A stretch of DNA of 55,629 nucleotides from a virus (IMGVR_UViG_3300037247_000947:1-55629); one strand, 5' to 3'. Positions 1 to 8,546 are shown, counted from the stretch's first letter. The notes: generated by a model not told the origin, from the letters alone. Numbers and translations are program-made.

Positions 1-1
1 C

Positions 2-499
2 ATTTGTCACGACTTTGGTATCGCAGACCTCAAGGATGCTACCGTCCGAGTCGGTGCTGACGGCTGGTTTGCAAAGGCTTGGCAGGAGCTTAGGGACGAA
101 CTGCTTTATCAAATACTAAGATTGGCTTCCTTCGGCCCTGGCGTTCTCATCCTCTCTCATGAGAGATACAAGAAGGAAATCGTCAATCGTATGGCAACCG
201 AGAAGGCATCGATGGATGTTTCCAACAGTGTTTACAATGCCATCGGAGATGCCTGTTCGATGATACTACGAATGAGACTGGTAGATGGGGATGGCAAAGG
301 TCGTCTTCGGTGCCTTGCCTCTATGCCATCAGACTACGAGAACGTCAAGGACAATCTGGGAGTTATCCTTCCTCACTACCCCGATGGAGTAATCAAGTTC
401 AGGACTGAGGAACAGGCTGTTCAATCCCTGTTGGATTGTTTCGTAACAAAGAAAGTGAAGAAAGTCAAAAAAGCAAAAAGACGAGAAAGGAGAAACTAA
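2..499 (+). CDS. C-terminal half of AAA_24/Sak4-like ATPase (5'-truncated by window start)
   Basis: Frame is open from base 2 (ICHDFGIADLKD...AWQELRDEL...VLILSHE). The hhhSHE motif fits AAA_24 and complements the Walker A/B half at 55213-55629. Confidence 0.7.
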   Translation: MCHDFGIADLKDATVRVGADGWFAKAWQELRDELLYQILRLASFGPGVLILSHERYKKEIVNRMATEKASMDVSNSVYNAIGDACSMILRMRLVDGDGKGRLRCLASMPSDYENVKDNLGVILPHYPDGVIKFRTEEQAVQSLLDCFVTKKVKKVKKAKRRERRN

Positions 500-500
500 A

Positions 501-866
501 ATGAAATGGTTGACACCAAAACAAATAGAGAGACGTGCACAAAAGTCAATGAAGGAAGCCTTGTTGGTTTCAATAGCGCATCACCAACAGATTGTCAGCT
601 CTACACTCAAGGAATTTTTTGCTGGCGTAGCCGCCGACAAGACATCAATCTCAGCAGACTTTTGTGGATTGTGCCAAAGGATGGAGAGATGTGAAGATTG
701 TCCATTGCATAGCCAGAGTGACTGCTGTGAAGAATGGAGAGCAATCCGAAGTGCAATTACTAACTTATTTGTTGGTGATGGTTCTTGGCCAAAAGTTATC
801 AGAGATGAGAGAACAATGATTAGACGACTCAAAGAAGAATTGAGGATAGTTAAGAAAGGAGGTTAA
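501..866 (+). CDS. Cys-rich hypothetical protein (paralogue family member 1)
   Basis: RBS AAAGGAG; FCGLC...CEDCPL...CC motif. Confidence 0.7.
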   Translation: MKWLTPKQIERRAQKSMKEALLVSIAHHQQIVSSTLKEFFAGVAADKTSISADFCGLCQRMERCEDCPLHSQSDCCEEWRAIRSAITNLFVGDGSWPKVIRDERTMIRRLKEELRIVKKGG

Positions 867-932
867 GCAATCCGTAAGCCTTGTATGAATCGTAACCGTA
901 AATTGCAATTTACTAACTAAGGAGAAACTAAA

Positions 933-1574
933 ATGCCACAGAAGAAAGCAAAGAAAGCAGTAAGGAGAAACACCCCACAACAGGGAGGTCATCCTCGTGC
1001 AAGTACCAAAGCCACCTTGGACGACTTCATCAAAAATGGTAAACCAGTCAGAGGTTTTAGCAATCTTGACTCCGGTACTTACGACGGCTACATCAAAGCC
1101 GGTTCTGCCCTTCTCGACCAGAAGGCAGATGGTGGTGACCGTTGCACAATGACCCTTGTAACAGAGGTACCCGACAAGGATGGAAATCTTGTTGAAAAGG
1201 AGCAAAGAAAACGTGACGACCTATCAACACAGTTTGGCTACAACCTCCTCCTCGGTGATTTGGCAAACATGGATTTTCCAGTACCAACAACGAGGGCCGA
1301 GCTTGGTCAGATGCTCTCCGAGACTGACAATCTAAAGATAAAGTTCTGGGTAGGTAAGCCACAGGATGAGTTTCCACCGAAGGTACGCATCAATGAGTTG
1401 CTCGAAGACCAGGGAAGTAGTCCTGCCTCATCTGATGAGCCTACAGTAACCAAGGCAGCAATTGACGCAATGAGTGACGATACGAAGGTAGCCTTGGCAG
1501 AGGAGTATGGTATTGACCATGCTAAACTGGATTGGGACGAGCTGGACAAAGAACTCTACAACCTTGCCGGATAG
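933..1574 (+). CDS. Probable single-stranded DNA-binding protein (DUF669-like)
   Basis: Near the Sak4-like ATPase; FxxLxxGxY N-terminal pattern, acidic C-terminus, strong RBS. Confidence 0.5.
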   Translation: MPQKKAKKAVRRNTPQQGGHPRASTKATLDDFIKNGKPVRGFSNLDSGTYDGYIKAGSALLDQKADGGDRCTMTLVTEVPDKDGNLVEKEQRKRDDLSTQFGYNLLLGDLANMDFPVPTTRAELGQMLSETDNLKIKFWVGKPQDEFPPKVRINELLEDQGSSPASSDEPTVTKAAIDAMSDDTKVALAEEYGIDHAKLDWDELDKELYNLAG

Positions 1575-1594
1575 ACACCCTCCTTTCTGTAGCC

Positions 1595-1643
1595 GGCCAG
1601 CCGTACAGCCGGACTAAAAACAGGTGAAATTCCTGTGCTGGCC
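1595..1643 (+). ncRNA. Minimal tRNA-like element (7-bp acceptor-like stem plus T-arm)
   Basis: GGCCAGC/GCTGGCC stem stacked on ACAGG-TGAAATT-CCTGT (5-bp stem, 7-nt T-loop). Confidence 0.5.
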
Positions 1644-1670
1644 TTTCAAATTTTAGTAAGGGAATTGACT

Positions 1671-1880
1671 ATGAAAAATGTGAGAGTAAAAGCATGTGAA
1701 GGTTGTAGTGGTGATTGGTGGGATTACGGGATTTTTGAAGGAAGAAGCCGGCTTATGGGCATTGTGCCGCATTCCAAACTTTGGCAAACAAAAGAAGCGG
1801 CTATCCGAAATGCCAAAGCTATGGCCAAACGTATCGGCATATCCTTCGACCCCGAAATTATAAAGCAACATGGTTGTTGA
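1671..1880 (+). CDS. Hypothetical protein
   Basis: ATG at 1671 with AAGGGA RBS. Confidence 0.55.
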   Translation: MKNVRVKACEGCSGDWWDYGIFEGRSRLMGIVPHSKLWQTKEAAIRNAKAMAKRIGISFDPEIIKQHGC

Positions 1881-1893
1881 AAATTGAATATTT

Positions 1894-2038
1894 GATGCTG
1901 GCAGTGGCATGGTCGCCAAGTAAGTCGAGCAGTTGCATAAGACTGTTTGGCTCGTTCAGATTTGAAGCTGAAGGCTGAGCAGCAGCTATGAATAATCTGC
2001 ACGGTAGCTTATTGTAGTACCAACTGCCTGCCAGCATC
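1894..2038 (+). ncRNA. Structured intergenic RNA (~145 nt)
   Basis: Perfect 11-bp closing stem GATGCTGGCAG/CTGCCAGCATC followed by TTTTT; internal hairpins; shares end motifs with 13001-13151. Confidence 0.6.
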
Positions 2039-2056
2039 TTTTTAGGAATCATAATT

Positions 2057-2350
2057 ATGGCTAAACGCAAAATACACTCGCATACCTTCAATGGCAAGAA
2101 GTATCAAGTCATCGAGACCGCTGAGATTGATGGTATTTTCGATGGAGCAGGGAAGACTATCACTATCCTCTGTGGAGCTGACAATGTCCGTACCCTTGGC
2201 TCAGCCCTCGAAGAGGGTCTTCATGCTATGAACATACCTGATAGATATCTCCACAAGCCAGAGAGAAGTACTAAAACTGGTGAAAGTATAAGCAAGGTTG
2301 ATGACTTGGCTCGTTTCATTTGGCGTCTTGGATATAGGAGAACAAAATGA
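2057..2350 (+). CDS. Hypothetical protein, degenerate zincin-like (EEGLH in place of HExxH)
   Basis: Resembles small phage metallopeptidase-like proteins, but the first His is absent. Confidence 0.5.
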   Translation: MAKRKIHSHTFNGKKYQVIETAEIDGIFDGAGKTITILCGADNVRTLGSALEEGLHAMNIPDRYLHKPERSTKTGESISKVDDLARFIWRLGYRRTK

Positions 2351-3054
2351 CCAAATCACGCATCATCCACGGAGACTGTCTTGCCGTCTTGCCAACCTTG
2401 CCCAAGGCTAAGATGATATTTGCAGACCCTCCTGACAATATCGGAGCTAAATATGAAGGGTATAATGATAGCTTTAGTAGTGGCTATCAATATCTTCTTC
2501 GGCAAACAATAAATCTTGGAGCAGTGGGAGCTAAGATTTTTTGGTTAAGCTACAATGCCCACTATCATTCAGACATATACCTTAACTCAGAGCTATATGA
2601 TTCTCGTCAATTCATCTGGCGATTCACCTTCGGTCAGCATCGTCAGCTTGACTGCGGCAATGGCTACCGCCCTCTCCTGCGCATCATGCAGAAAGGTGCT
2701 TCCATATATCCTGCCTCAATCCGTGTTCCCTCAGCCCGCCAACTAAAGTACCAGGACAAGCGCGCCAATCCCCGTGGGCGTGTCCCCGACGACGTATGGG
2801 AGTTCCCCCGCGTCTGTGGAACTTTCAAAGAGAAACGCCGCTGGGCTGTCAACCAACATCCTGAAGCTCTCATTGAGCGCATCGTCAAGTTCTCAACTCG
2901 CAAGGGAGACCTCGTGATAGACATGTTTGCCGGTTCGGGGACTGTTAATCGTGTCTGTCAAAAGTTAGGCCGTCCTTGTATTGGAATTGAAATCAGTCCA
3001 TACTATTGTCAGAAGATAGCTGAGGAAACAGGACTGAAGGTGGCTAAAGCATGA
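2347..3054 (+). CDS. DNA amino-methyltransferase, beta class (N6_N4_Mtase)
   Basis: IIHGDCL, IFADPPD, DVW, HPEALIERIV, VIDMFAGSGT, IGIEIS motifs. Confidence 0.9.
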   Translation: MTKSRIIHGDCLAVLPTLPKAKMIFADPPDNIGAKYEGYNDSFSSGYQYLLRQTINLGAVGAKIFWLSYNAHYHSDIYLNSELYDSRQFIWRFTFGQHRQLDCGNGYRPLLRIMQKGASIYPASIRVPSARQLKYQDKRANPRGRVPDDVWEFPRVCGTFKEKRRWAVNQHPEALIERIVKFSTRKGDLVIDMFAGSGTVNRVCQKLGRPCIGIEISPYYCQKIAEETGLKVAKA

Positions 3055-3353
3055 CCCAGGTAATAAACCTCAGAACCTATACCGGCAACGACTTCATCCT
3101 CATTGATCGCAGAACACCCTATGGCAATCCTTTCCCTATCAATGCCAAAACTACTCGTGCCGATAGCATCAGAAAATTCAGAGAATGGCTCGACGAGTGG
3201 GTCATCTATGGAAAGGAAGTCATCATCCGAGGACGAAGCAACAAATGGATAATCGAACACCTCGGAGACCTCAGAGAAGGCAAACTCGCCTGTTGGTGTG
3301 ATCCTCTCCCTTGCCATGGTCATATCTATGTTGAAATTCTGGAGAAGGTATGA
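3051..3353 (+). CDS. DUF4326 domain protein
   Basis: IDRRTPYGNPF ... LACWCDPLPCHG signature. Confidence 0.85.
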   Translation: MTQVINLRTYTGNDFILIDRRTPYGNPFPINAKTTRADSIRKFREWLDEWVIYGKEVIIRGRSNKWIIEHLGDLREGKLACWCDPLPCHGHIYVEILEKV

Positions 3354-4036
3354 CCCGACTCCAACAGTTCAAAAAGCGAGGCATCGTTCAATCCTACTCA
3401 CTTGGCCCGTACAACAAGTACAATGAGACTGAGCAATGGATTAGGATAAGCGAAGGCTGTCCCAATCATTGTGGATTCTGCTATGAGCCAAGAAAGGAGA
3501 AAGTCTTTCCTGTTCCGAGGATCATCCGAAACAAAGTCAAGATTATGGATATGAATCTTCTATCCAAGCCCGTAGCTCTTGACATTATTACCCAACTTGG
3601 AAACTACCGAGTAGATAAAAAAGTAATATACTATGAGCTTGTCTGTGGTATTGACTGGCGATTTCTCACCCAGAACATTGCAGAGGCTCTAAAGTATTCT
3701 CGCTTCAAGAAAATTCGCTTGGCTTGGGACTTTGGCTTCTCTCAACAGCTCAAAATCAAAGATGCGCTCACCCTCTTACTCAAGACAGGGTACCGACCAA
3801 AGGACATCACTATCTTTATGATATGCAACTGGCGCATCTCCTATGCCGTCTGCCTTAGAAAGCTCTGGCTCTGTGGAATCTGGAACGTCAAGGTCGCCGA
3901 CTGTTATTTCGATGGTCAGACCTCGCCAAATATTGACCCTATAAGTTGGACAGCAGAGCAAATCAAAAGTTTTCGTCGCCGTGTCCGTAAGCAAAATCAA
4001 CTCGTCAACTTTGGTATAGACCCAGAGGCAAAATGA
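3350..4036 (+). CDS. Radical SAM protein
   Basis: GCPNHCGFC (CxxxCxxC), MDMNLL, GIDWR, IRLAWD. Confidence 0.8.
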   Translation: MTRLQQFKKRGIVQSYSLGPYNKYNETEQWIRISEGCPNHCGFCYEPRKEKVFPVPRIIRNKVKIMDMNLLSKPVALDIITQLGNYRVDKKVIYYELVCGIDWRFLTQNIAEALKYSRFKKIRLAWDFGFSQQLKIKDALTLLLKTGYRPKDITIFMICNWRISYAVCLRKLWLCGIWNVKVADCYFDGQTSPNIDPISWTAEQIKSFRRRVRKQNQLVNFGIDPEAK

Positions 4037-5175
4037 CAAGATTAGAGCAATTTAAGAAAGTTTGCCAAAAGCACCTTGTCATAAAAGACACAACTTACAT
4101 AGACATAATCTTCGGAACCATCATGGCAAACCGTCTCGACTCAGACCCAGTATGGCTCTATCTCGTCGGCCCACCCTCATCCGGTAAAACAGTTGTCCTC
4201 CAGGCCCTTGCAGATACCGATGAAGCCATTCTCCGTGACGTCGTAACCCGTCCCTCTCTTATCTCCGGCTACATTGACAAGAAAACCAAAGTTGACAACT
4301 CCCTCATCCCTCTCCTCGATGGCAAGAATCTCATCATCAAAGACTTCACCACCATGCTCCAGATGCACTACAAAGACTTGAATGAAACCCTTGGTCTCCT
4401 CCGTGCTGCTTATGATGGTCGCTGCTGCTGGAGCTTTGGTGCCGGTCAAACAAAGGAGTATATCTCCAAATTCGGTGTCATTGCCGCAGTTACCAATGCC
4501 TTGGATGAACATCGCGGCGTCCTCGCCTCCCTCGGTGAACGCTTCGTCACCTACCGTATGCCGGACATCTCTGACTACGAAAAGTCTCGCCGTGCCCTCA
4601 AAGCAATGTCATGTCTTTCGACAAGTGGGCAGCGCCAGGAACTTGCCTCAGCCGCTATTACTATCCTTTCCTCCTCTCCCGAAATACCAGTACTTACCCA
4701 ACAGCAAATGCACTCTATCATCAAGATTGTTCAAGTTGCATCAAAAGCCTGTACCGCAGTTGTCAGAGACAAATATTCCAAATCAAAAGAACCTGAAATT
4801 CCTACTCCTCAACATCCCGCCCGAATGGCGAAAGAATTGGGAGACTTGGCGGTCGGAATTGCAATGGCCCGCAGCAAACCTCATATCACCAGGGATGAAA
4901 TCAAACTTATACAGCAGATGGCCCTCCACTCAATTACACTCAAGCGTATCAAGTTTCTCCACGTCTTACTCAATACCTATCCTGACTGGATAACTGTCAA
5001 TGATGTTTCCGAGGAGATGGGCTTTAGTGAAAACTCCGTTTCCCGCTGGTTTCAAGACCTCCTTCTCCTCAATATTGTCGAAAAACACATCGTATATTCA
5101 GGCCCAAAGTTGACAAAAACACATGAATTCCGCATACTCCAAGGCCAAATGTTGAAGCGAATCCTGTCAATCTAA
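4033..5175 (+). CDS. AAA+ (MCM-like) replicative helicase with C-terminal winged HTH
   Basis: Walker A GPPSSGKT, LIIKDFT Walker B variant, ERF Arg finger, PARM sensor II, C-terminal HTH-like segment. Confidence 0.7.
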   Translation: MTRLEQFKKVCQKHLVIKDTTYIDIIFGTIMANRLDSDPVWLYLVGPPSSGKTVVLQALADTDEAILRDVVTRPSLISGYIDKKTKVDNSLIPLLDGKNLIIKDFTTMLQMHYKDLNETLGLLRAAYDGRCCWSFGAGQTKEYISKFGVIAAVTNALDEHRGVLASLGERFVTYRMPDISDYEKSRRALKAMSCLSTSGQRQELASAAITILSSSPEIPVLTQQQMHSIIKIVQVASKACTAVVRDKYSKSKEPEIPTPQHPARMAKELGDLAVGIAMARSKPHITRDEIKLIQQMALHSITLKRIKFLHVLLNTYPDWITVNDVSEEMGFSENSVSRWFQDLLLLNIVEKHIVYSGPKLTKTHEFRILQGQMLKRILSI

Positions 5176-5222
5176 ATATAGGATTTTGACGAAACCCCCC
5201 TCAGGGCCTAAAAACGCCATAA

Positions 5223-5304
5223 TTAACCAACTAACCATTTAGGGGGAGGACACCCTTTAAAAAAAAAGTCAGTGTTAGGGGGTGCAATGTGGTTAGATGG
5301 TTAA
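5223..5304. other. Candidate replication origin
   Basis: 15-bp inverted repeat TTAACCA(A/T)CTAACCA flanking two TTAGGGGG boxes and an A-tract, just downstream of the helicase. Confidence 0.45.
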
Positions 5305-5326
5305 ATACAAGAAAGAGGGAGGCGAC

Positions 5327-5521
5327 TCAGTGTTGCACAATATCATCACTAAGCGGAACAAAACATTGGGACATACTAATAGGAAGTCCTTTCGCATTGT
5401 TCCAACCGATAGTGGTATATATCCAGCCACCAATAACTCGTCTAACTGAGATAGTGAAGGAAGCATCTTCAATTTTTCTAGATTCATGTAACTTCATCTC
5501 AACAAGTTCTCTTGCAGTCAT
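5327..5521 (-). CDS. Hypothetical protein
   Basis: GAAAGGA RBS; VRRVIGGWIY motif common in small phage proteins. Confidence 0.6.
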   Translation of the reverse strand: MTARELVEMKLHESRKIEDASFTISVRRVIGGWIYTTIGWNNAKGLPISMSQCFVPLSDDIVQH

Positions 5522-5544
5522 AATCTATTTCCTTTCAAAAGTGT

Positions 5545-5597
5545 AGGCGGCCCCACCTTTTGACGGGATCGGAGGAGGAGGGTAGATGGGGCCGCCT
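5545..5597 (-). ncRNA. Hairpin RNA with C-rich anti-SD/antisense loop
   Basis: Perfect 11-bp stem AGGCGGCCCCA/TGGGGCCGCCT; minus-strand loop CCCTCCTCCTCCGATCCCGTCAAAA. Confidence 0.55.
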
Positions 5598-5622
5598 GTT
5601 GTGAAGGAGGAGAGTGGTTCAT

Positions 5623-5883
5623 TTAACTTTGTATTATACCTACTCCTATTGCCGCAAAGATGTAAGCAGGGATTATTCCCACCTCACAGAACACAGCGCG
5701 TATAATGCCCCAGACAACAGCAGAATTATCAATACCCCAATTCTCTATTGCCGACATGATTCCACCATAGAGCATTACAAACAGGGACAGCCATATACCA
5801 AGGGCAATACTGGCCAAGATTATGACTACACCTCCAACTACTTTGAAAACATTTTGTAAATCATTCATCTCTTTTCCTTTCAC
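5623..5883 (-). CDS. Small membrane protein
   Basis: Two long hydrophobic segments. Confidence 0.6.
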   Translation of the reverse strand: MKGKEMNDLQNVFKVVGGVVIILASIALGIWLSLFVMLYGGIMSAIENWGIDNSAVVWGIIRAVFCEVGIIPAYIFAAIGVGIIQS

Positions 5884-6224
5884 TATTTAGTTTTCTGTTT
5901 TTGCTCCTTGCGTTTCTGATTCAGTGCGAGGAGTTTCTTGTAGAACCGTCTTGGCTCGTTAGTATAATCGTATGTCATATTTTCACAGCTAAACTGTTTG
6001 CCGACAAATTTGCCTGGACAGTTGCAACATCCTTCATCGTTTTGCTGCGTCGCATACTCACAGAAAAAACATAAAGCTGCTATTTCCAAGCAACGATGTT
6101 CCAGACACCACTTGTGTTTCAAGGCAGCAATGCACTGGATGGGGGATTCGTCAAGTTCTTTTATTATCCACTTCCACTGCCTAAGACACAACACCCATGC
6201 TTGATTCAATGTTAATTTCTTCAT
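5883..6224 (-). CDS. Cys-rich hypothetical protein (paralogue 2)
   Basis: CFFCEY...CCNCP...C motif. Confidence 0.7.
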   Translation of the reverse strand: MKKLTLNQAWVLCLRQWKWIIKELDESPIQCIAALKHKWCLEHRCLEIAALCFFCEYATQQNDEGCCNCPGKFVGKQFSCENMTYDYTNEPRRFYKKLLALNQKRKEQKQKTK

Positions 6225-6238
6225 CTTACTTTCCTTTC

Positions 6239-6562
6239 TCACTTACATTGTTTTATTTGTGCCAAGAACAGCTTGGCGTATTTCTTGCGGGTCTTGGGTG
6301 CTTTGGTACAACTCCATTTGCCATAGTAGCTTTTGCCACAGAGCATATCAAGTTTTTTGATAAGAGGGCAATATTGACAGGTACATCCATTGTACTTTTC
6401 TACTTGCTGTGAACCATACTCGCAAAACCAACAGTCATTGTATGTGTAATCGTATTCTACCCACTTAGGCCAATCCTCCTTCTTCTTCCCTGTCTTTGCC
6501 AGCCACGTCCAAAGCTCAATACAAAGTTCAATTGCTTTCTTTCTCGTCAACTTCATTTTCAA
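6239..6562 (-). CDS. Cys-rich hypothetical protein (paralogue 3)
   Basis: CWFCEY...CQYCPL...C motif; tandem with paralogue 2. Confidence 0.7.
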   Translation of the reverse strand: MKMKLTRKKAIELCIELWTWLAKTGKKKEDWPKWVEYDYTYNDCWFCEYGSQQVEKYNGCTCQYCPLIKKLDMLCGKSYYGKWSCTKAPKTRKKYAKLFLAQIKQCK

Positions 6563-6571
6563 TTTCTCCTT

Positions 6572-6799
6572 TCAATCAATAAAGTCCTGATTTCCAACAT
6601 AAACAATCTTCCTCCCTACCTTCTTAAATACCTCCTTGCACCACCCACAGAACCAGTCATCCCGCCACAACCTGCGAATGATATTGTGATTGCTACACAT
6701 GGGACACTGGGAGCGACAAACAAAAGCCTCCCTTTGGCTTGCCGTAAGCCCTCCTTTTAAGAAAGTACGTTTACGATCTTGTTCTTCTGTCTTTATCAT
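6572..6799 (-). CDS. Zinc-ribbon protein
   Basis: CPMC...CGWC. Confidence 0.6.
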   Translation of the reverse strand: MIKTEEQDRKRTFLKGGLTASQREAFVCRSQCPMCSNHNIIRRLWRDDWFCGWCKEVFKKVGRKIVYVGNQDFID

Positions 6800-7320
6800 T
6801 CTTCTATCCCCAATTCAATATCACTATCAATTTCGTTTCCCCATACGTCCCAACCAAGTGTTTTTTCTCTGGCAAACAACTCTACTCTATCTGCTTGAGG
6901 GAACCACTTCCTAATCCAATCGCGTACAATCGCTGGCTTTCTACTATGTTGTCCTCTCCGATGTCTTAACATCGATGAGACTCGGTATTTTGGAATCGGA
7001 GGTGAGAATTTGCCCTTTACACCAACAAGCAATATCTCATGTTGTCCTCGAAACCAGTATCCCATACCAATTATCTCTTTATCCCATACCATGCAAGTTC
7101 TATAATCAAAACCCCAAGCCATCATTACTTGCATTGCCTCTTCCATCTTTGGTGCAGTGGCCCACAGATATAGAACAGCGTTATCGGCACTCGGTACTTT
7201 GAGCGCCTTTATGTTCTCAAGTTTCATAGTAGGATATTGATTCTCAATCCTTCGACTATCAGAGGCACAGTGTCGATAGTTCCAAGGTGGATCAGCATAG
7301 ATAATCTGATACCGTTTCAT
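6796..7320 (-). CDS. MT-A70 family adenine methyltransferase
   Basis: IIYADPPW, LYLWAT, WGFDY, HSRKP, VELFAR, WGNE. Confidence 0.92.
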   Translation of the reverse strand: MKRYQIIYADPPWNYRHCASDSRRIENQYPTMKLENIKALKVPSADNAVLYLWATAPKMEEAMQVMMAWGFDYRTCMVWDKEIIGMGYWFRGQHEILLVGVKGKFSPPIPKYRVSSMLRHRRGQHSRKPAIVRDWIRKWFPQADRVELFAREKTLGWDVWGNEIDSDIELGIEE

Positions 7321-7323
7321 TTC

Positions 7324-7509
7324 TTAATCCTTCCCGAAAAAATCATCCTGGCACTTTTGGCACAGTCCAGAAATCTTAAATTCTCTCAAGCTAATGTCAT
7401 TTCTAAAGTCCGAGACAAAAATTACCTTTTTACAAAAAGGACACTTTCCTGCCTCTACTAGTTTCACGTGCTCGCCAAGTCCAGCTTGTTTCATTATTTC
7501 CTTGTTCAT
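7324..7509 (-). CDS. Small zinc-finger protein
   Basis: CPFC...SGLCQKCQD. Confidence 0.65.
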   Translation of the reverse strand: MNKEIMKQAGLGEHVKLVEAGKCPFCKKVIFVSDFRNDISLREFKISGLCQKCQDDFFGKD

Positions 7510-7769
7510 TTCGTAACCTCCAATCCCACCGTCAACATTCCTTTCGCCCGACTAACATAAAGAGCAACCTGTACCGGCATACCTTGTAATTTATCCAACT
7601 CCTTCTTGGCGTTCTCCATCGCTGACCTTGCCTTTCTTAGACTATTATCCTTGCTGTCATATCCCGCCGCCTTATCCAGACACTCCTTGCAAATCACAGG
7701 TTGTTCTAGTTCACACTCGTCAAAATAGCCTAAGCATCCCTCACATTGACCTCTGTTTTCTTCACACAT
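7506..7769 (-). CDS. Hypothetical zinc-binding protein
   Basis: CEGC...CKEC; overlapping start/stop with neighbours. Confidence 0.55.
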   Translation of the reverse strand: MCEENRGQCEGCLGYFDECELEQPVICKECLDKAAGYDSKDNSLRKARSAMENAKKELDKLQGMPVQVALYVSRAKGMLTVGLEVTK

Positions 7770-8079
7770 TCTTAGGCTCCTCTCTGGTCTTGGGCTTGGC
7801 TTTTGCAATCGCATCGTTCAAGAGCTTATCAAGCTGGTCTTTATCAATATCTTGAGGACGCATCTTACCACTTTGACAAGCATCGCGCAAAGTCTGTATA
7901 GTTTCACAGACCTGCAGCAAATCATCCCTCTGCACAATTGCTCTACCAATTCGGCTCGGCATTTCGTTCATAAATCGTATAGCCTCAGCATCAAGAGCAC
8001 TTCTGCCGAAATCAATACATTTACAAAAGTGTGCCCAACCATCGGCAAATTCTTTAGTAAGTTTTGATTCATTACTCAT
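7762..8079 (-). CDS. Hypothetical protein
   Basis: AGAAAGGA RBS before MSNESK. Confidence 0.6.
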   Translation of the reverse strand: MSNESKLTKEFADGWAHFCKCIDFGRSALDAEAIRFMNEMPSRIGRAIVQRDDLLQVCETIQTLRDACQSGKMRPQDIDKDQLDKLLNDAIAKAKPKTREEPKNV

Positions 8080-8217
8080 AATGTTTCCTTTCTCTATCCA
8101 GATTTGTCTTCGCAATATTCGCTCCAAACTCATAGTCCTTAGTCCTTTCTCTGTCCCGCCACTCCGCCAGCCAAAACCTCAGGCTCCAGAGCAATACTAT
8201 GATTGTTTCGGTTATTC

Positions 8218-8546
8218 TCATTTTAGTACCTCTTTGAAATCCAGTCTCTTAATTTTTCCTCCAAAACAATAACAATCGCTATCAAGTTTTGTTACGTGTC
8301 CCTCCCATTTATATATATACCTTTGCCATTGAGATTTTCACCAATATATTCCTGCATTTCTCCAAACAGCCAGGGCGAATCGCTTAGGCCCTTAAAGCCA
8401 GCATCCAGAAGCACAATATCTCCATATCCGCCATAAGCCCAAATCATATATCCTTTGTAGGAACGTCCTTTTTTAGGAGCAAGGTGTCCCCAGGTATCTT
8501 GTATTACATCTTGCCTTTTTCTTTCTGCATAAGCGTCAGTTATCAT
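8218..8546 (-). pseudogene. Hypothetical gene frameshifted in a (TA)5 run
   Basis: Removing one TA at 8310-8319 extends the ORF (GIYKWEGHV...EVLK) to a TGA overlapping the next ATG (ATGA). Confidence 0.55.
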
